DNA from: Caecitellus pseudoparvulus
Lineage: Eukaryota; Protista; Bigyra: Bicosoecida
Length of the DNA stretch: 64,000 bases
Direction of reading: 5' to 3'
Assembly (NCBI GenBank): GCA_965644315.1
Contig: CBFFRQ010000069.1
Location: forward strand, 310,001 to 374,000
The translations under genes and the position numbers were made by a program. Shown here in pieces: positions 32,989 through 44,000 of the stretch (its first letter is position 1; every line of letters begins with the position of its first letter). The notes beneath the pieces are model-generated. The model was not told the DNA's origin. It searched no databases and saw only the letters and a program-made list of their open reading frames with translations.

Positions 32989-35900
32989 CTACATGATGCT
33001 GCAACGGAAGCCGCCCTGCTGCCCCGCCTTGCGAATGCGATCCACATCCACAGGGCGCACACCAGGAACAGGTGGGAAAACATGTGCAAGGTGCTTGCCT
33101 GCCATGTCCCGGCGGCAGTAGAACAGCAAGTACGCGGCGGGGGAGACGACATCCTGCACATTCAGAGCTGCGACGTGGCTGTCATTGAACACCCTCCACG
33201 TGCCCGAGGCGTCCTTGGCATAGGCAATGTAGTGCCCCGCACCAAGAGCTCCTAGGTGGTTCACCACTGCGTACAAGTCGTACACTGCCCCTTCGTTGCG
33301 TGTCAAGCTGAGGGGGATGCCCTGAAACACCTCCTCTGCTGAGATGCAGCCAGGGCCCGTGGTGGGACCCCCATCCGCCGCACGGGAGGAGTCTTGCGAC
33401 GCCGAGCCGGCACCTGCAGCAGACCGGGCAGTTGCTGGCTCCACGCTCGCACTTGTCGTCGCTGACGTCGTCGTGGGGTCGCGCTCGCCGTCGTCGGCCA
33501 GGCGCCCCCCCAGGAACTGCCACATCGACACATCAGCAGGCGGCTGCGGCGCGACCTCCCGCGCCATGAAGTCCCCCACTCGCAGTCCATTCAAGGGGAA
33601 CTGCACCAAGTTCGCCAGCTTGCGGCTTAGCACAGCTGTGTGCTGGAAGCGCTTGAGCTGCATGACCAGCACAGGTGGCGCGCGCCAAATCTCCAGCTGC
33701 TTGACGAAGGGGCGCATGGCGATGTCATCCCCCACCCGGGAACACTTGGAGCAGAAACGGGAGTCGTCCAGCTTCTCTGGCCTGGCGAACACGTCCAGGC
33801 ACTGGCTGAGACTGAGGGGCCGATCTCGCTCCCTCTCGGCGGCCTGCACGGATGGGTGCGTGTCCGTGGCCGTGACTTCCTCGCGATCCAGGGCATCCTC
33901 CAGCAGGGCTGGGTCCCAATCAATCACCAGTGTCGTCCCTGGGCCCATGCCCTCCCCTCCAGTCGCCAAGTACTTGAAAGACTGGGCAAGGGGGTGCGGC
34001 CTGTCGCTGTCATCGCCTGCGCTCGCCACACGCGCAGTGATCTGGGAGGGGCTCGCCGGCCCAGCCGCCGCCGAGGGGGCATCAACACGCCCAGCAGCCG
34101 TCGCAAACGCCGCGGCGGCGGCCTTTGCCCCTCCACGCAGCATGTACCTGCAGGACTTCCGGCCCATCGTGCGTTGCCATGAAGGCAAGACGACATTGCC
34201 GTCCTGCACGTCACGCCAGTTCACCCGTTCAGCGATGTACCCCGAGCGATCCACACGCTTGATGACGAAGCCCCACGTGGTCATAATGCTGCGCTGCGTT
34301 GCTTGACCGAGGCCTGCCGCACTGTCAGGCGCCCACTCCGTCGGGGGGCCACTGCTGGCCGGGTCTTCAGGAGCACTCTCTGCCGCCGCGCGGGCTGCAT
34401 CCGCACACTGCTGCAGCCAGGCCTGGATGGGATCCCGCCGCCGGCGAATGGCGCGCTTGACGGCATGCCACACCATGCAGTACAGCTCCCACGTGGGGGT
34501 CTCGTCAGGCGACACCCTCAGCATGCCAGGCAGCCCGAACGTCTCGAAGGTCATGGAGTCCACAAAGTAGTACCGCTGCGTGCGCCAACGGCGGTGCAAA
34601 AGGACCACATCCAGAATGGGCTGCATAGGGAAGGATATGTCTGCCAGGGGCACGGCGGGGTCCTTGTCTCCGTCCTCGAAGTGGATGCTGCAGGTGCCGC
34701 CTGACACGCTCACGCCCTTCACTATGCCAGGGAAGCGACGCCCACCCTTCCACCGCGCATTCACTCGCGCGCCAATGCAGGGCTGTACCGTGCGGGCAGG
34801 GCTACACAGCAGTGCGCCTGGCGGGCTGGGGCGCCACCCCCCCCCTTCGGACACAGCCTGCTTGCCTTCCTCTCTCGCACCCTCACCCACGCTCGCCTGC
34901 TTGTCCTTGGGCGTGCTGGCATGTGCCGGCGCGGCGCCCGCCAGGTCTGCCTCCGCCTGCCGCTGCAGCGCCGATGCCACTTGCATGATGGAGGGCTTGT
35001 CGGCGCCCAAACCGGGGCCACAGCCCAGCAAAGAGGCAACTGACACCTCCCCAGCCGCAGAGGTGCGGGGCGCTGCCTGGGGCGGCAGGGTGCCGGCTTC
35101 CTCTGGGTCATACCGGCAGTACCAGGGGTGCTGCACCGGCCCCCGCCGTTCATGCACGTCTGAGGATGGCAGAATGGGGGCCAGGACCGAGGCGGTGTGG
35201 GGCCGCACGAACTGCCCTGGCTGCACCCGCTGCACCGCATGCTTCAAGCGAATGGCATCCGACACCTGATGCGGGGAGGGCAGCTGGTACACCAGGAGCG
35301 TATCCTGCGGTCGCACCTTGGAGATGGGCACACCGTCTCCGAGGCTCCGCGCGGCCAAGGATGTCCCAGCCATGCGCGTGACGATGAGCTGCTCGTACGC
35401 CAGCTTTAACCGTTGCACCGTCCGGTCCGGCCCACCCACGTGCAGCATGCCGTGCTGCCCTTCCACCAGAGCCAGCTTGATGTCCCTGACAAGAGCCGCG
35501 TGTGGCAAGGGCAGCATGACATCCAGCGGGCGCCGCACATTGCCAGCGAAGAAGACAAGCAGGCGCAAGAAGCGCTGGGGGGGCTCGGGCAGGGGCAGGG
35601 GAAGGAGGGAGAAGGGCTCGTACCTGCAGCTCGTGAAGCCGCAGTTGATGCAGGTGAGGGTGGAGCGGAACTGCCCCGAGAAGAGGGTGGTGATGACGGA
35701 CCGCTCGCGCCGCAGGTGTGCCAGCCACCACTCCGCCGCCACCTCGCCATCAGGGCGCCCATCAGAATCTGGCAGGGAGAAGTATGGCTTCTTGCCCTGC
35801 ACCCTGTTCAAGTCCTCGTTCAAGGTGCCCAACACGGCGTCCACCAGCTCCTGTGCGTCATGCTGGTCGTTGCCCTCGAACTGGGAGTGCGTGCTGGCTA

Positions 35901-38619
35901 TGACTTGCTTCAGGCGGCGCGGCGCCAGCGTGGCGCTGCCTTGGTTGCTCCACATCTCCTGCAGCAGGTCGGCCAGCGTGACGGCCAGCTGCCCACCCGT
36001 CCCATGGGGGTTCTCCTCGTTGATGTCCAAGGCATAGCTGCGCAGGATGAAGTACTCCCGCAGCAGGCGGGTCGCCGACAGAGCCTGCAGCGCACTGGCC
36101 ATGTAGCAGGTGTTGCCAAGGTTGGACAGGCCCACGAGGCCAGGCGGCCTCACAGCCCGCCGGCTCTGATGGGATGGCACCAGAGCCTCGTCTCCAGCCA
36201 CAGCGTACCCCTCCAGCTGCCAGTAACCCTCCGCCGACTGTACTTCCAGGAGCACTTCACCCCCCGACACCAACTCAGCGACATCCAGGTACGTCGTCAG
36301 CTGCGGCAGGGGTTGGAAGTCTTCCTTCTCCTCAGCCCGGTACCACAGGCGGCACAGCGCAGCGTCCCGGAAGATGGCCTTGGCCATGGTCGCCCGCACA
36401 TCTTGCACTGTGTCGTACTTGGAGAAAATGAAGGGGCGGCGTGAGGGCGTCACCCCCTTGGATGTGCGGTCCACCTGGCGCATGATGAGGGCGAGCGGAT
36501 ACAGCTCCAACTCCACGCCCCCCCCTGCCACGGAACCAGCACGCTGCAGACGGGCAGCAGCCAGGGTCTCGTCTGTGACGCTGGTCTTTGTGCTGAGGTC
36601 AGCTGTCGCCGAGAGGGGGATGGACACCACCCGGCGCCGGATGGCAGGTCCCGCCCCGTACCAGGCCGCCAGCGCCTTCCACACTCGGGGGGACACCAGG
36701 GCAAAGTCCTGTGTGCGGGTCAGGCTGTGTTTAAGCAGCAGCAGCTTCTCGTCTGCCAGCAGGGACTGGGTGGGGATGGGGGGCAGGGAGCCGGCACTGG
36801 CGAAGCCTCGGGCAGACTCGGCTGCCATGAGCGCGGCTGTGTTGCGTGACCCAGAACGGGCAGTGGGAGGCCGTGCATCAGAGCAGGCTGCCCCAGTCGC
36901 GGCCACCCACGAGTCCCACCAAGCCTGGGGGATGACGCACCACTCCTGGCCAGGCGCGCCAGGGGAAGAGGGGTGGAACGGCACGTGGCAAGCCATGATG
37001 AGCCTGGCTTCCTCGTCCTTGTCTTGAGGAGGGATGCCGACATCCACGCGGAACACATGCCCCAGCGTGTTCAAAAATGACAACGCGTCAGGGTGCTGCC
37101 GGATCCACGCTGTGAAGTGCTCTTGGCTGACAGGCCGCCCCACCTCCAGCTCCATCTCGCCGTACGCCAGGCGCACCAAGTCCTCCGCAGGAGTGTGGGC
37201 GGCCACCGCATCCAGCGCATCCGAGGACACCTTGGGCGACGCCGGCACCTCACTGGCACTCTCCGCTGCCGCGCCCCCACTGCCCCGCAGCCAGGACATG
37301 GCTGAGGCTGCCAGGCCGCCCGTCCTGCTGGAGGTGAGGAAGGAGGCCAAGTCCCCCTTGTGCATGTCTAGCCGAGCAGCGAGGGCGTAGTGCTCTTGCT
37401 CGATGCGCTGCAGGGCCGTGGTGTCCACCACCCCCGTCGCGACGTTCACGACGCCCCCCGACATGCACCGTGCCACCACCCGCAGCAACGACGCCATCAG
37501 CAGTACGTCTGATGCCGCGAGGCTGGACGGCGGCAGGGCAGCACTGCGGTGCGACCGGAACATGCGAAAGGCAAAGGCTGCCCGGTGGTCCCCATCCGCG
37601 TTTAGACAGGCTCCCACCCCTGCCACAAGGGCGGGCAGGGATACTGTCCCATCCCTGGACGGGTCCAGTGCCTGGAACAGCGCGTCGGCCAGTGGGCGCG
37701 GGACGAGGCCTGACAGTAGCAGGCCAAGCGCGGCCCGGTTCAGAACACCCGCCTTGGTGCTGCTGCGCCCCCGTTTGTACGCGGCTTGCAGGGCCGCAAC
37801 CTCCCGATCTGCCAACCCGGTGCCTGACGCCAGCTGCCGGGCTGTACCGGCAGCATGCGCGCCGCTGCCCTCCTCGAAGCGCATGTGTAGCCAGGAAATG
37901 TGCTCGTCTGGACGCAAAGCGCTGGCCACCACAGCCATCCAGGACAGCAGGGGGTGCTGTGCCAGCCGGTCGCCCTGCACAGCCCAGGCTGTGAACTGGT
38001 CCATGGTCAGGTAGTCACTGCGGCTGCCTGCGTCATCCAGCACTGCATCCACGGAGGCCTGCACTGCGCCAGCAGCCGACCCTGCCCTGGGAGGGTCCAT
38101 TTCAGACAGCACCCGGTGCATCCATGCAGATGACACGCGGCCGTTGTTGTCGCAGTCCAGCGTGTAGAAGGCCAGCTTGGCTCGATGCTGTCCCGAGCCA
38201 GCCAGCAACACTGCCACACCACACAGCAGCTCAGAGAGGGACAGGCGCTTGTCACCGTCAGTGTCCAGCGCAGCGAATAGACGATCTGTCAAGGTCAGGG
38301 GCAGCTGATACCGCAGCCGAGCCAGGACATCTCGCTTGAACACGGTGGCAGTCATGCTCTGCAGTCCCTGCGGCAGCTCACACAATCTGCGGAATGCTGT
38401 CTCATACCTGCCAGCCACAAGGAAAGGCGGAGCGTGCGGGACTGAGCACCAGGGTAGATCTTCGGCACTACTCACAAATTCCTCTGCTCCTTCAGCAGCT
38501 CCTGGGCCTCGTGCAGGCTGTGCGGAGAAGCAACGCACGCGGCGTGGTGGCGATGCTGCAGTCAAGCATGCGGGAGCAAGCTCCACGTACGAGATGATCT
38601 TGGTGCTGCGAGCCCCCAT
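32989..38619 (-). CDS. USP32: USP32-like ubiquitin-specific protease (EF-hands, DUSP, UBL, USP catalytic domain)
   Basis: MGARSTKIISY start; EF loops DTDGDKRLSLSE and DCDNNGRVS; DUSP; Cys box GLSNLGNTCYM; QHDAQE; His box YDLYAVVNHLG...GHYIAY...FNDS; C-terminal CaaX CSIM. Confidence 0.9.
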   Translation of the reverse strand: MGARSTKIISYVELAPACLTAASPPRRVRCFSAQPARGPGAAEGAEEFVSSAEDLPWCSVPHAPPFLVAGRYETAFRRLCELPQGLQSMTATVFKRDVLARLRYQLPLTLTDRLFAALDTDGDKRLSLSELLCGVAVLLAGSGQHRAKLAFYTLDCDNNGRVSSAWMHRVLSEMDPPRAGSAAGAVQASVDAVLDDAGSRSDYLTMDQFTAWAVQGDRLAQHPLLSWMAVVASALRPDEHISWLHMRFEEGSGAHAAGTARQLASGTGLADREVAALQAAYKRGRSSTKAGVLNRAALGLLLSGLVPRPLADALFQALDPSRDGTVSLPALVAGVGACLNADGDHRAAFAFRMFRSHRSAALPPSSLAASDVLLMASLLRVVARCMSGGVVNVATGVVDTTALQRIEQEHYALAARLDMHKGDLASFLTSSRTGGLAASAMSWLRGSGGAAAESASEVPASPKVSSDALDAVAAHTPAEDLVRLAYGEMELEVGRPVSQEHFTAWIRQHPDALSFLNTLGHVFRVDVGIPPQDKDEEARLIMACHVPFHPSSPGAPGQEWCVIPQAWWDSWVAATGAACSDARPPTARSGSRNTAALMAAESARGFASAGSLPPIPTQSLLADEKLLLLKHSLTRTQDFALVSPRVWKALAAWYGAGPAIRRRVVSIPLSATADLSTKTSVTDETLAAARLQRAGSVAGGGVELELYPLALIMRQVDRTSKGVTPSRRPFIFSKYDTVQDVRATMAKAIFRDAALCRLWYRAEEKEDFQPLPQLTTYLDVAELVSGGEVLLEVQSAEGYWQLEGYAVAGDEALVPSHQSRRAVRPPGLVGLSNLGNTCYMASALQALSATRLLREYFILRSYALDINEENPHGTGGQLAVTLADLLQEMWSNQGSATLAPRRLKQVIASTHSQFEGNDQHDAQELVDAVLGTLNEDLNRVQGKKPYFSLPDSDGRPDGEVAAEWWLAHLRRERSVITTLFSGQFRSTLTCINCGFTSCRYEPFSLLPLPLPEPPQRFLRLLVFFAGNVRRPLDVMLPLPHAALVRDIKLALVEGQHGMLHVGGPDRTVQRLKLAYEQLIVTRMAGTSLAARSLGDGVPISKVRPQDTLLVYQLPSPHQVSDAIRLKHAVQRVQPGQFVRPHTASVLAPILPSSDVHERRGPVQHPWYCRYDPEEAGTLPPQAAPRTSAAGEVSVASLLGCGPGLGADKPSIMQVASALQRQAEADLAGAAPAHASTPKDKQASVGEGAREEGKQAVSEGGGWRPSPPGALLCSPARTVQPCIGARVNARWKGGRRFPGIVKGVSVSGGTCSIHFEDGDKDPAVPLADISFPMQPILDVVLLHRRWRTQRYYFVDSMTFETFGLPGMLRVSPDETPTWELYCMVWHAVKRAIRRRRDPIQAWLQQCADAARAAAESAPEDPASSGPPTEWAPDSAAGLGQATQRSIMTTWGFVIKRVDRSGYIAERVNWRDVQDGNVVLPSWQRTMGRKSCRYMLRGGAKAAAAAFATAAGRVDAPSAAAGPASPSQITARVASAGDDSDRPHPLAQSFKYLATGGEGMGPGTTLVIDWDPALLEDALDREEVTATDTHPSVQAAERERDRPLSLSQCLDVFARPEKLDDSRFCSKCSRVGDDIAMRPFVKQLEIWRAPPVLVMQLKRFQHTAVLSRKLANLVQFPLNGLRVGDFMAREVAPQPPADVSMWQFLGGRLADDGERDPTTTSATTSASVEPATARSAAGAGSASQDSSRAADGGPTTGPGCISAEEVFQGIPLSLTRNEGAVYDLYAVVNHLGALGAGHYIAYAKDASGTWRVFNDSHVAALNVQDVVSPAAYLLFYCRRDMAGKHLAHVFPPVPGVRPVDVDRIRKAGQQGGFRCSIM

Positions 38620-39108
38620 GGCGTTGCAAGCAGTGCTTATGCTAACGTTTTCAGGACGTTTGCGTGGCCTCCCGCTCTTCAAGTGGCTTGACAACTGGCT
38701 GCACAGTCCCGCCCCGCTGTGCACACAGCTCGGGCGAAGAGTCCGGGGCTATATGGCGTGTCCTGCTGGGGCACTGTTCAAGGGTTTCGACAGAGTGGCA
38801 CCAGTGCCAGTGGTGGGTATCGTTACCCCGTTTTTAGTGCACTGCGAAGTTTGCCCGCCACCTTTGAGTGGCGCGTGGCCCGAGCCCTCCTGCAGGCTCT
38901 TTGCGGTGCTGTGGTGCGCGCTGGGGCACTCCACGCAGTTTGACAAAACAATACTCCTCAGCCGAATATTACACCATGTGAACTTGCTTGGTAGCGAGAG
39001 CCCACCTCCCATTGGTGCAGTGCTGCCAGTGTGGCCAAGGTGCGAGTGGTGGAGGTGCGGTAATTGCATCAAACACCACCCCTCGCCCGTGTGCTGCGAC
39101 TCTCAAAC

Positions 39109-39652
39109 ATGGAAGGAAGGCAGCTACAAACGCTGCGAAAGCGCATGAATGTGTTGCAGGCATGCCTGGGCCGAGTGAGGCTCCATCCCGAGACGAAGGG
39201 AACCGAGGCCAGGCGGCGCATGCGCGCCGTCGGTGTGGCACTGCACGAGGCTGAGTCTGCATTGGACGAGCGCTTCCGCCACACAGTCATCAAGCCTGTC
39301 TCTGCCCCCCAGCGAGAACAGTGGGACGATGGTGCGCAGATCTGCGCCTTTCCTGAGCTGATGCCCAAACCTGCACGAACATGCGGGGTGCCCACGGCTC
39401 GTCCCCTCTCCCCACACAGTGCCTGCGTACTTGGAGACCAGCCAGGACCCACAAGTCCGCAGCAAAGACAAGGCCTTGCGTCAGCTGGTTCAGCGGGAGG
39501 CAGCTGGGGAGGCGGAGCTGTCGAGATCTGTCGCTGCCGTGGTGCAGCACAACTTGGCGGTGCAGCAAGCGGTGCAAGGCTGCAAGGCCGCCTTCGCAGA
39601 CCTGCTCGATTCCTCAGCAGTGCACGACAAGACAGCAGCACTGGCATCGTGA
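39109..39652 (+). CDS. Small helical protein, two exons (weak Mediator Med8-like resemblance)
   Basis: ATG 39109; a GT..AG intron at 39332-39419 joins in frame to VPAYLETSQDP...; stop at 39652. Confidence 0.5.
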
Positions 39653-40475
39653 CAGAGCCATTGCTGCCCGAGGCAGGTGCCAGGCATGTCAAGATACCGG
39701 ATGCAGCTGCTCGGGGCACAGCAGCCTGCCACGTCAGGGTTCTTGTGCGGCATCACCTCCCCCCACTTTATCGAGCTTCCACTGTGAGTCTGCTGCCAAG
39801 GCCTGGCACCGCAAGTCATGTGTCAAGCAACTGACCTGTTTCGCAGCCTCCACCTGCACGCCAGTATCGTGGGCCAGCCGTGCACTTCCCCATTGCGAGC
39901 CTTCGCGCGAGCCTCACCGACCAATGAAACTTGTGCTGCTTTCATGTCTAGAAGAGCGCTTTCATGCTCGTGGGGGTCCTCTTGGACCTGAAGGAAGCAC
40001 AGGGGTGGGCATGTGAAACGCAACGAAAACGCTGTCTCTGGTGTCGGCACTGACTGTAGCTGCTTCAATGAGCGCTGTGTAGGCTCTGAAGAGCTGCTGC
40101 ACAACAACATCTACCTGTTCATGGGAAGCCATCGTGGCTCACCCCTCTCCGTCAAAGCCTATCTCGAGCACGCAGGCTGACAACCCAGTTGCGATGGAAT
40201 TGAGGCCGTGTGCACCCGCAGAAACACACTGCAGCAAGGGTGGTATCGACGCAAAACACTCAGCACACCCGTAGGCTTTCCACGGAGTTGAGGCAGGGAG
40301 GTTTGGGTTGTGTCACCTCATGGGCGTTTGTGAGCTGCGCTGAGAGGTAGTGGCCGTCCCACGCCAGGCTGGCACGTCCCCTCTCACTGTGAGTCCTGCT
40401 GAGGAGGACCAGCCTCCAAAGCCAAGCATAGCAAGCATTGATTAGACACCGTCGATTGCCCCCAAGGGGCCCGCC

Positions 40476-40970
40476 ATGTCTCTGCCTTCCGCCCGTCAGG
40501 CCACGGCTCGAAGCCTAGCCGAAGCATTCAAATTCCGCGCGACGGCCACCTCGCTGAGCATGCCGTCACACCCTGACCTGCGGTGCATGAACTTAATGTG
40601 CGAAAAAATGGGGGGGGCGTGTGCCTGTCGCCTCGCTCTGTCTCTGGAACGCATGGCAGCCCTGGAATGTGTGGACATTTCCGGCAACAACTTTACTGTG
40701 TTGCCAGATTCGCTTGCCACGTTGCCCAAGCTGAAGCGCCTAAACGTCTCTGGGAATGCCTTACAAGCGCTTCCAGTCGACCTCACGAAGGTGGCGACTC
40801 TTGAGCACCTGGACGCCTCCGACAACCCCCTCAGGGAGTTCCCTGCTGCCTGGATTGCCAGCTGGCCACGCTTGGTGACCCTGGACCTGCGCAACACCCG
40901 ACTGGACGCCGCTGCCGTGCAGGGGCTGCGCCAAGCCACTGCAGGGCGAGGAACCGAGCTTCGCGTGTGA
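40476..40970 (+). CDS. Small leucine-rich-repeat protein
   Basis: LECVDISGNNFTVLP, LKRLNVSGNALQALP, LEHLDASDNPL, LVTLDLRNTRL. Confidence 0.9.
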   Translation: MSLPSARQATARSLAEAFKFRATATSLSMPSHPDLRCMNLMCEKMGGACACRLALSLERMAALECVDISGNNFTVLPDSLATLPKLKRLNVSGNALQALPVDLTKVATLEHLDASDNPLREFPAAWIASWPRLVTLDLRNTRLDAAAVQGLRQATAGRGTELRV

Positions 40971-41004
40971 TCATGCATTCGCCTTTGGGCCCCGTGCGCA
41001 GCCG

Positions 41005-44000
41005 TCAGGCCATGTGGTGCTGTGCGGTGCGCCGGGCGGAAGCCAGCACGCTCCGCAGCCGGACAATGTCCTTTCGCGCAGCCTGGCCGTCCACAGCACC
41101 AGCAGTCTCGTAGCTTTCTGTGGAGGCCATGATTGAGTCAATGTGCCGGACCAGCTCGGCGGGAGTCAGCGCTGGGGTGGCTGCCCTGCCTCCCTCCGAG
41201 CTGGCCAGTGGGGAGGTGCCTGAGCCGGAAGAGGCTGTGCCTGCAGAAACCGGGCGGCTGCCCTTGAACAGCACGCGCTCCAAGTCTTTGATGCGCTTGT
41301 CGCGCTCAGTGTTCACGTCGAAGACCTTCATGAGCACCTGCCCGGACAGCGACCCCACCACGGCGCCATCCTTCACAACTGGCAGGCAAAAGGGTGCGCC
41401 GTTGCCCAGGTCGCGGCGAATGCGGTCTTGGGACTTCATGGTGCCCTCGAAGCGACTCAGGGTGTCCTTTTGCATGAGCTTGAAGATCTCTTCTCGTGCC
41501 TCGTCGAACAGCCGCACGTGCTGCAGCAAGCCGCCGGAGTGGCGCATGTGCATCTTGGGCAGCGGCGCAGAGCCAGATGTGCTGCTGCCCTTGCTGTCCT
41601 TGGAGCTGGACTGCATGAAAGGGGCCAGCAGGGACACGGTGGACGTGATGTGGTCCCCCATGTCCACCTCTCCGTCCGCTGACACCGTGACAGCCGTCTC
41701 CTCCTTCTTGCTCACCACCGCGAACATGTGCGCCCACACATCCTCTGCCGACAGCTTGCGGAAGGCAGCCATGCTCTTTTTCAGGCGCGAAAAGTACTTG
41801 CTGGGCAAATTCACCATGCGCTCTGCAGAGTCATCCACGAACTCCGCGTACAGCGCCTCTGCACCCTTCTGGATGCGCGCCACCTCGGCGCGCACGTTGG
41901 ACTGCGCCGCCATCTCGTCCAGTCGCCCCGCAGCCACCGCCTCCACGTCCGTGGCGAGGCGGCTGTTTGTCTTCAGCATATCCTCCAGCCACTCACCTGC
42001 TTGCAGGTAGAAGTCCACGTTCTCGCGACTGCGCTCGCGGTCACAGAACGCCTGGAACGCCTTGCGCATGACCGGGTTGTTCAGCACACCATGCAGGGAC
42101 ACGTCTTCGTAGCCCTTGTCAGGGAACACTGCGATGTGGTACGCATCTCGAAGGGAGAGCTCTGAGTGCCCAACCAGCGCGCCAGATTTCTTGCGCACAG
42201 TCAGGAGGATGTGCTCACTGGCCACGTGGCCGGGGTCAGAGATGACTGGGGACACGTCCGGCACCATGCCTGTGCGCCACTCTGCCACTGTGTAGTTTGT
42301 CCCAGCCAACACGCCAGGTGTGTCTCCTCGAGGTGCATCTTTCAGCAGCCTTCGCGAGCTTCCCTGCTGCAGGGTGAGCCCCGCCGTGCGGTCTCCTTGG
42401 GCTGCTGCTTCAGCCACGGCGGCAGCGTGCTTCACAGTGCCCGTGGACGCAGCACTCTGCAGCATGTGGGAGGAGAGGCTCACGATGAACTCGTCGGACT
42501 TCGAAAACTCCCCCGTCTCACGGCCCACCTGCGATGCCAAAGTGTCCAGGCCGTCCGTGGCCACCAAGAGACTCTTCCGCTTGCCACCCTTGCCGCCTGA
42601 CGAGGCAGCAGCTGCCGCGGCACCAGCATCAGCACTCTTCACTGACCAAGAAGGCACATCCAGCCCCGCGTCGCCCGCTGCAAACTCTGCTGGTGGCAGG
42701 GGCAAGCAGTCAAACCGAAGGTACGGGATGACGATTTTGCAGGACCCGTGGTTGCGCAGCCGGGATGCCGAGTGCAAGTTCAAGAAACCAATTTCCGGTT
42801 GAAGTTCAAACAGAGCCACCACTGGGCGGTGGTCGCACAGCTTGAACTTGAAGTCACATCGATACCGCTTGCACTGCAGCGCGTCGGCACAACCGGGCTT
42901 GGAAGCCCACAGCACGCGATCAGTGTACGATGGGTTCTGATTGCGCTTGTTGATGTACTCGGTGCCACCCTTCTCAAGGCGGTACGACGGTGCAAACGTG
43001 ATGGGGTGCTCGGAGAACGTGCTGTACGCCGCCCCCGTCTCCCGGGCAATGCGCAGTTGGTCCCCCCGGATGACCGGCTCAAGCATGCCACCAGAGACAT
43101 ACTTGACCACCTTGGCGTACTCTTCCTCGCATTCGGCCTTGCCGAGATCCACGCGATAGTTCAAGTTTCCAAGCCAGATAACGTGGTGCCAGTTGTGCAG
43201 GAATTGCGGAGGCGGGGCGCGGGAGCCGGGCACTTGCATGGAGGGGTAGTCGTGGCTGCGCAGCTTCAACTGCTGACAGATCTCGGAGAAGTTGCTGTTG
43301 CGCACAGCCACCTTGTCTGTGCCCGAAGCCAGGTGGCAGTTCACAATGGCGATGTGGGTGTTGTCAGCCCATGTGAGGGCGACCGCGGCGGCACCTTTAT
43401 TGCCCCAAATGCCGCCGACGCCCGTGGCTTCAGTGTCAGTGGCGACGTTCGTGAGGAACTTAGTGATGCTCGCTCGCGCAAACACCAACGTGTGGATCTC
43501 TTGCAGAGTTACAGAGGCGACGACGACGTACTCCTCCGGAGCATATGCGATGGGCCCAGGAAGGGCCAAAGCCGCTGAGATGACACTTCGCCAGGAGTCC
43601 AACTTGGAGCACTCTTGCAACCCGATGACGTAAATGTCACACTCCTGAGGTGGCAGCCAAGTGTGCAGCTGGCTGCTTTCAGCCTCGGACAGCGCCCGCT
43701 CGTGAGAGCAGTTCAGGGTGGCGGTGCAAATGCGCAGCCTGTCTGGAACGTACCCTGCAGCTTCCAGGCCCAGCACCCGCACTGCAGAGAGCTCCACATC
43801 GGCCAGCACCAGGCGAATGAGGCCGGAAAAGCGCTCCCGCAGCGCATGTGTTGCAAACGTCACCTCCACCTCCTCTAGCATGGTGGCTGTGGGTGGGATG
43901 AAGGCTCGTGTGCGCCTGCTCGCGGACTGCCCCGCCCCAGACCCTGCTGCGGCATCCCCCGCGTCATCATATGCAACAATGAAGAGCTTTGTTGGATCGT

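Noticed and set aside
39700-40320. Possible small minus-strand spliced gene
   Set aside because: I could not assemble a consistent exon chain.
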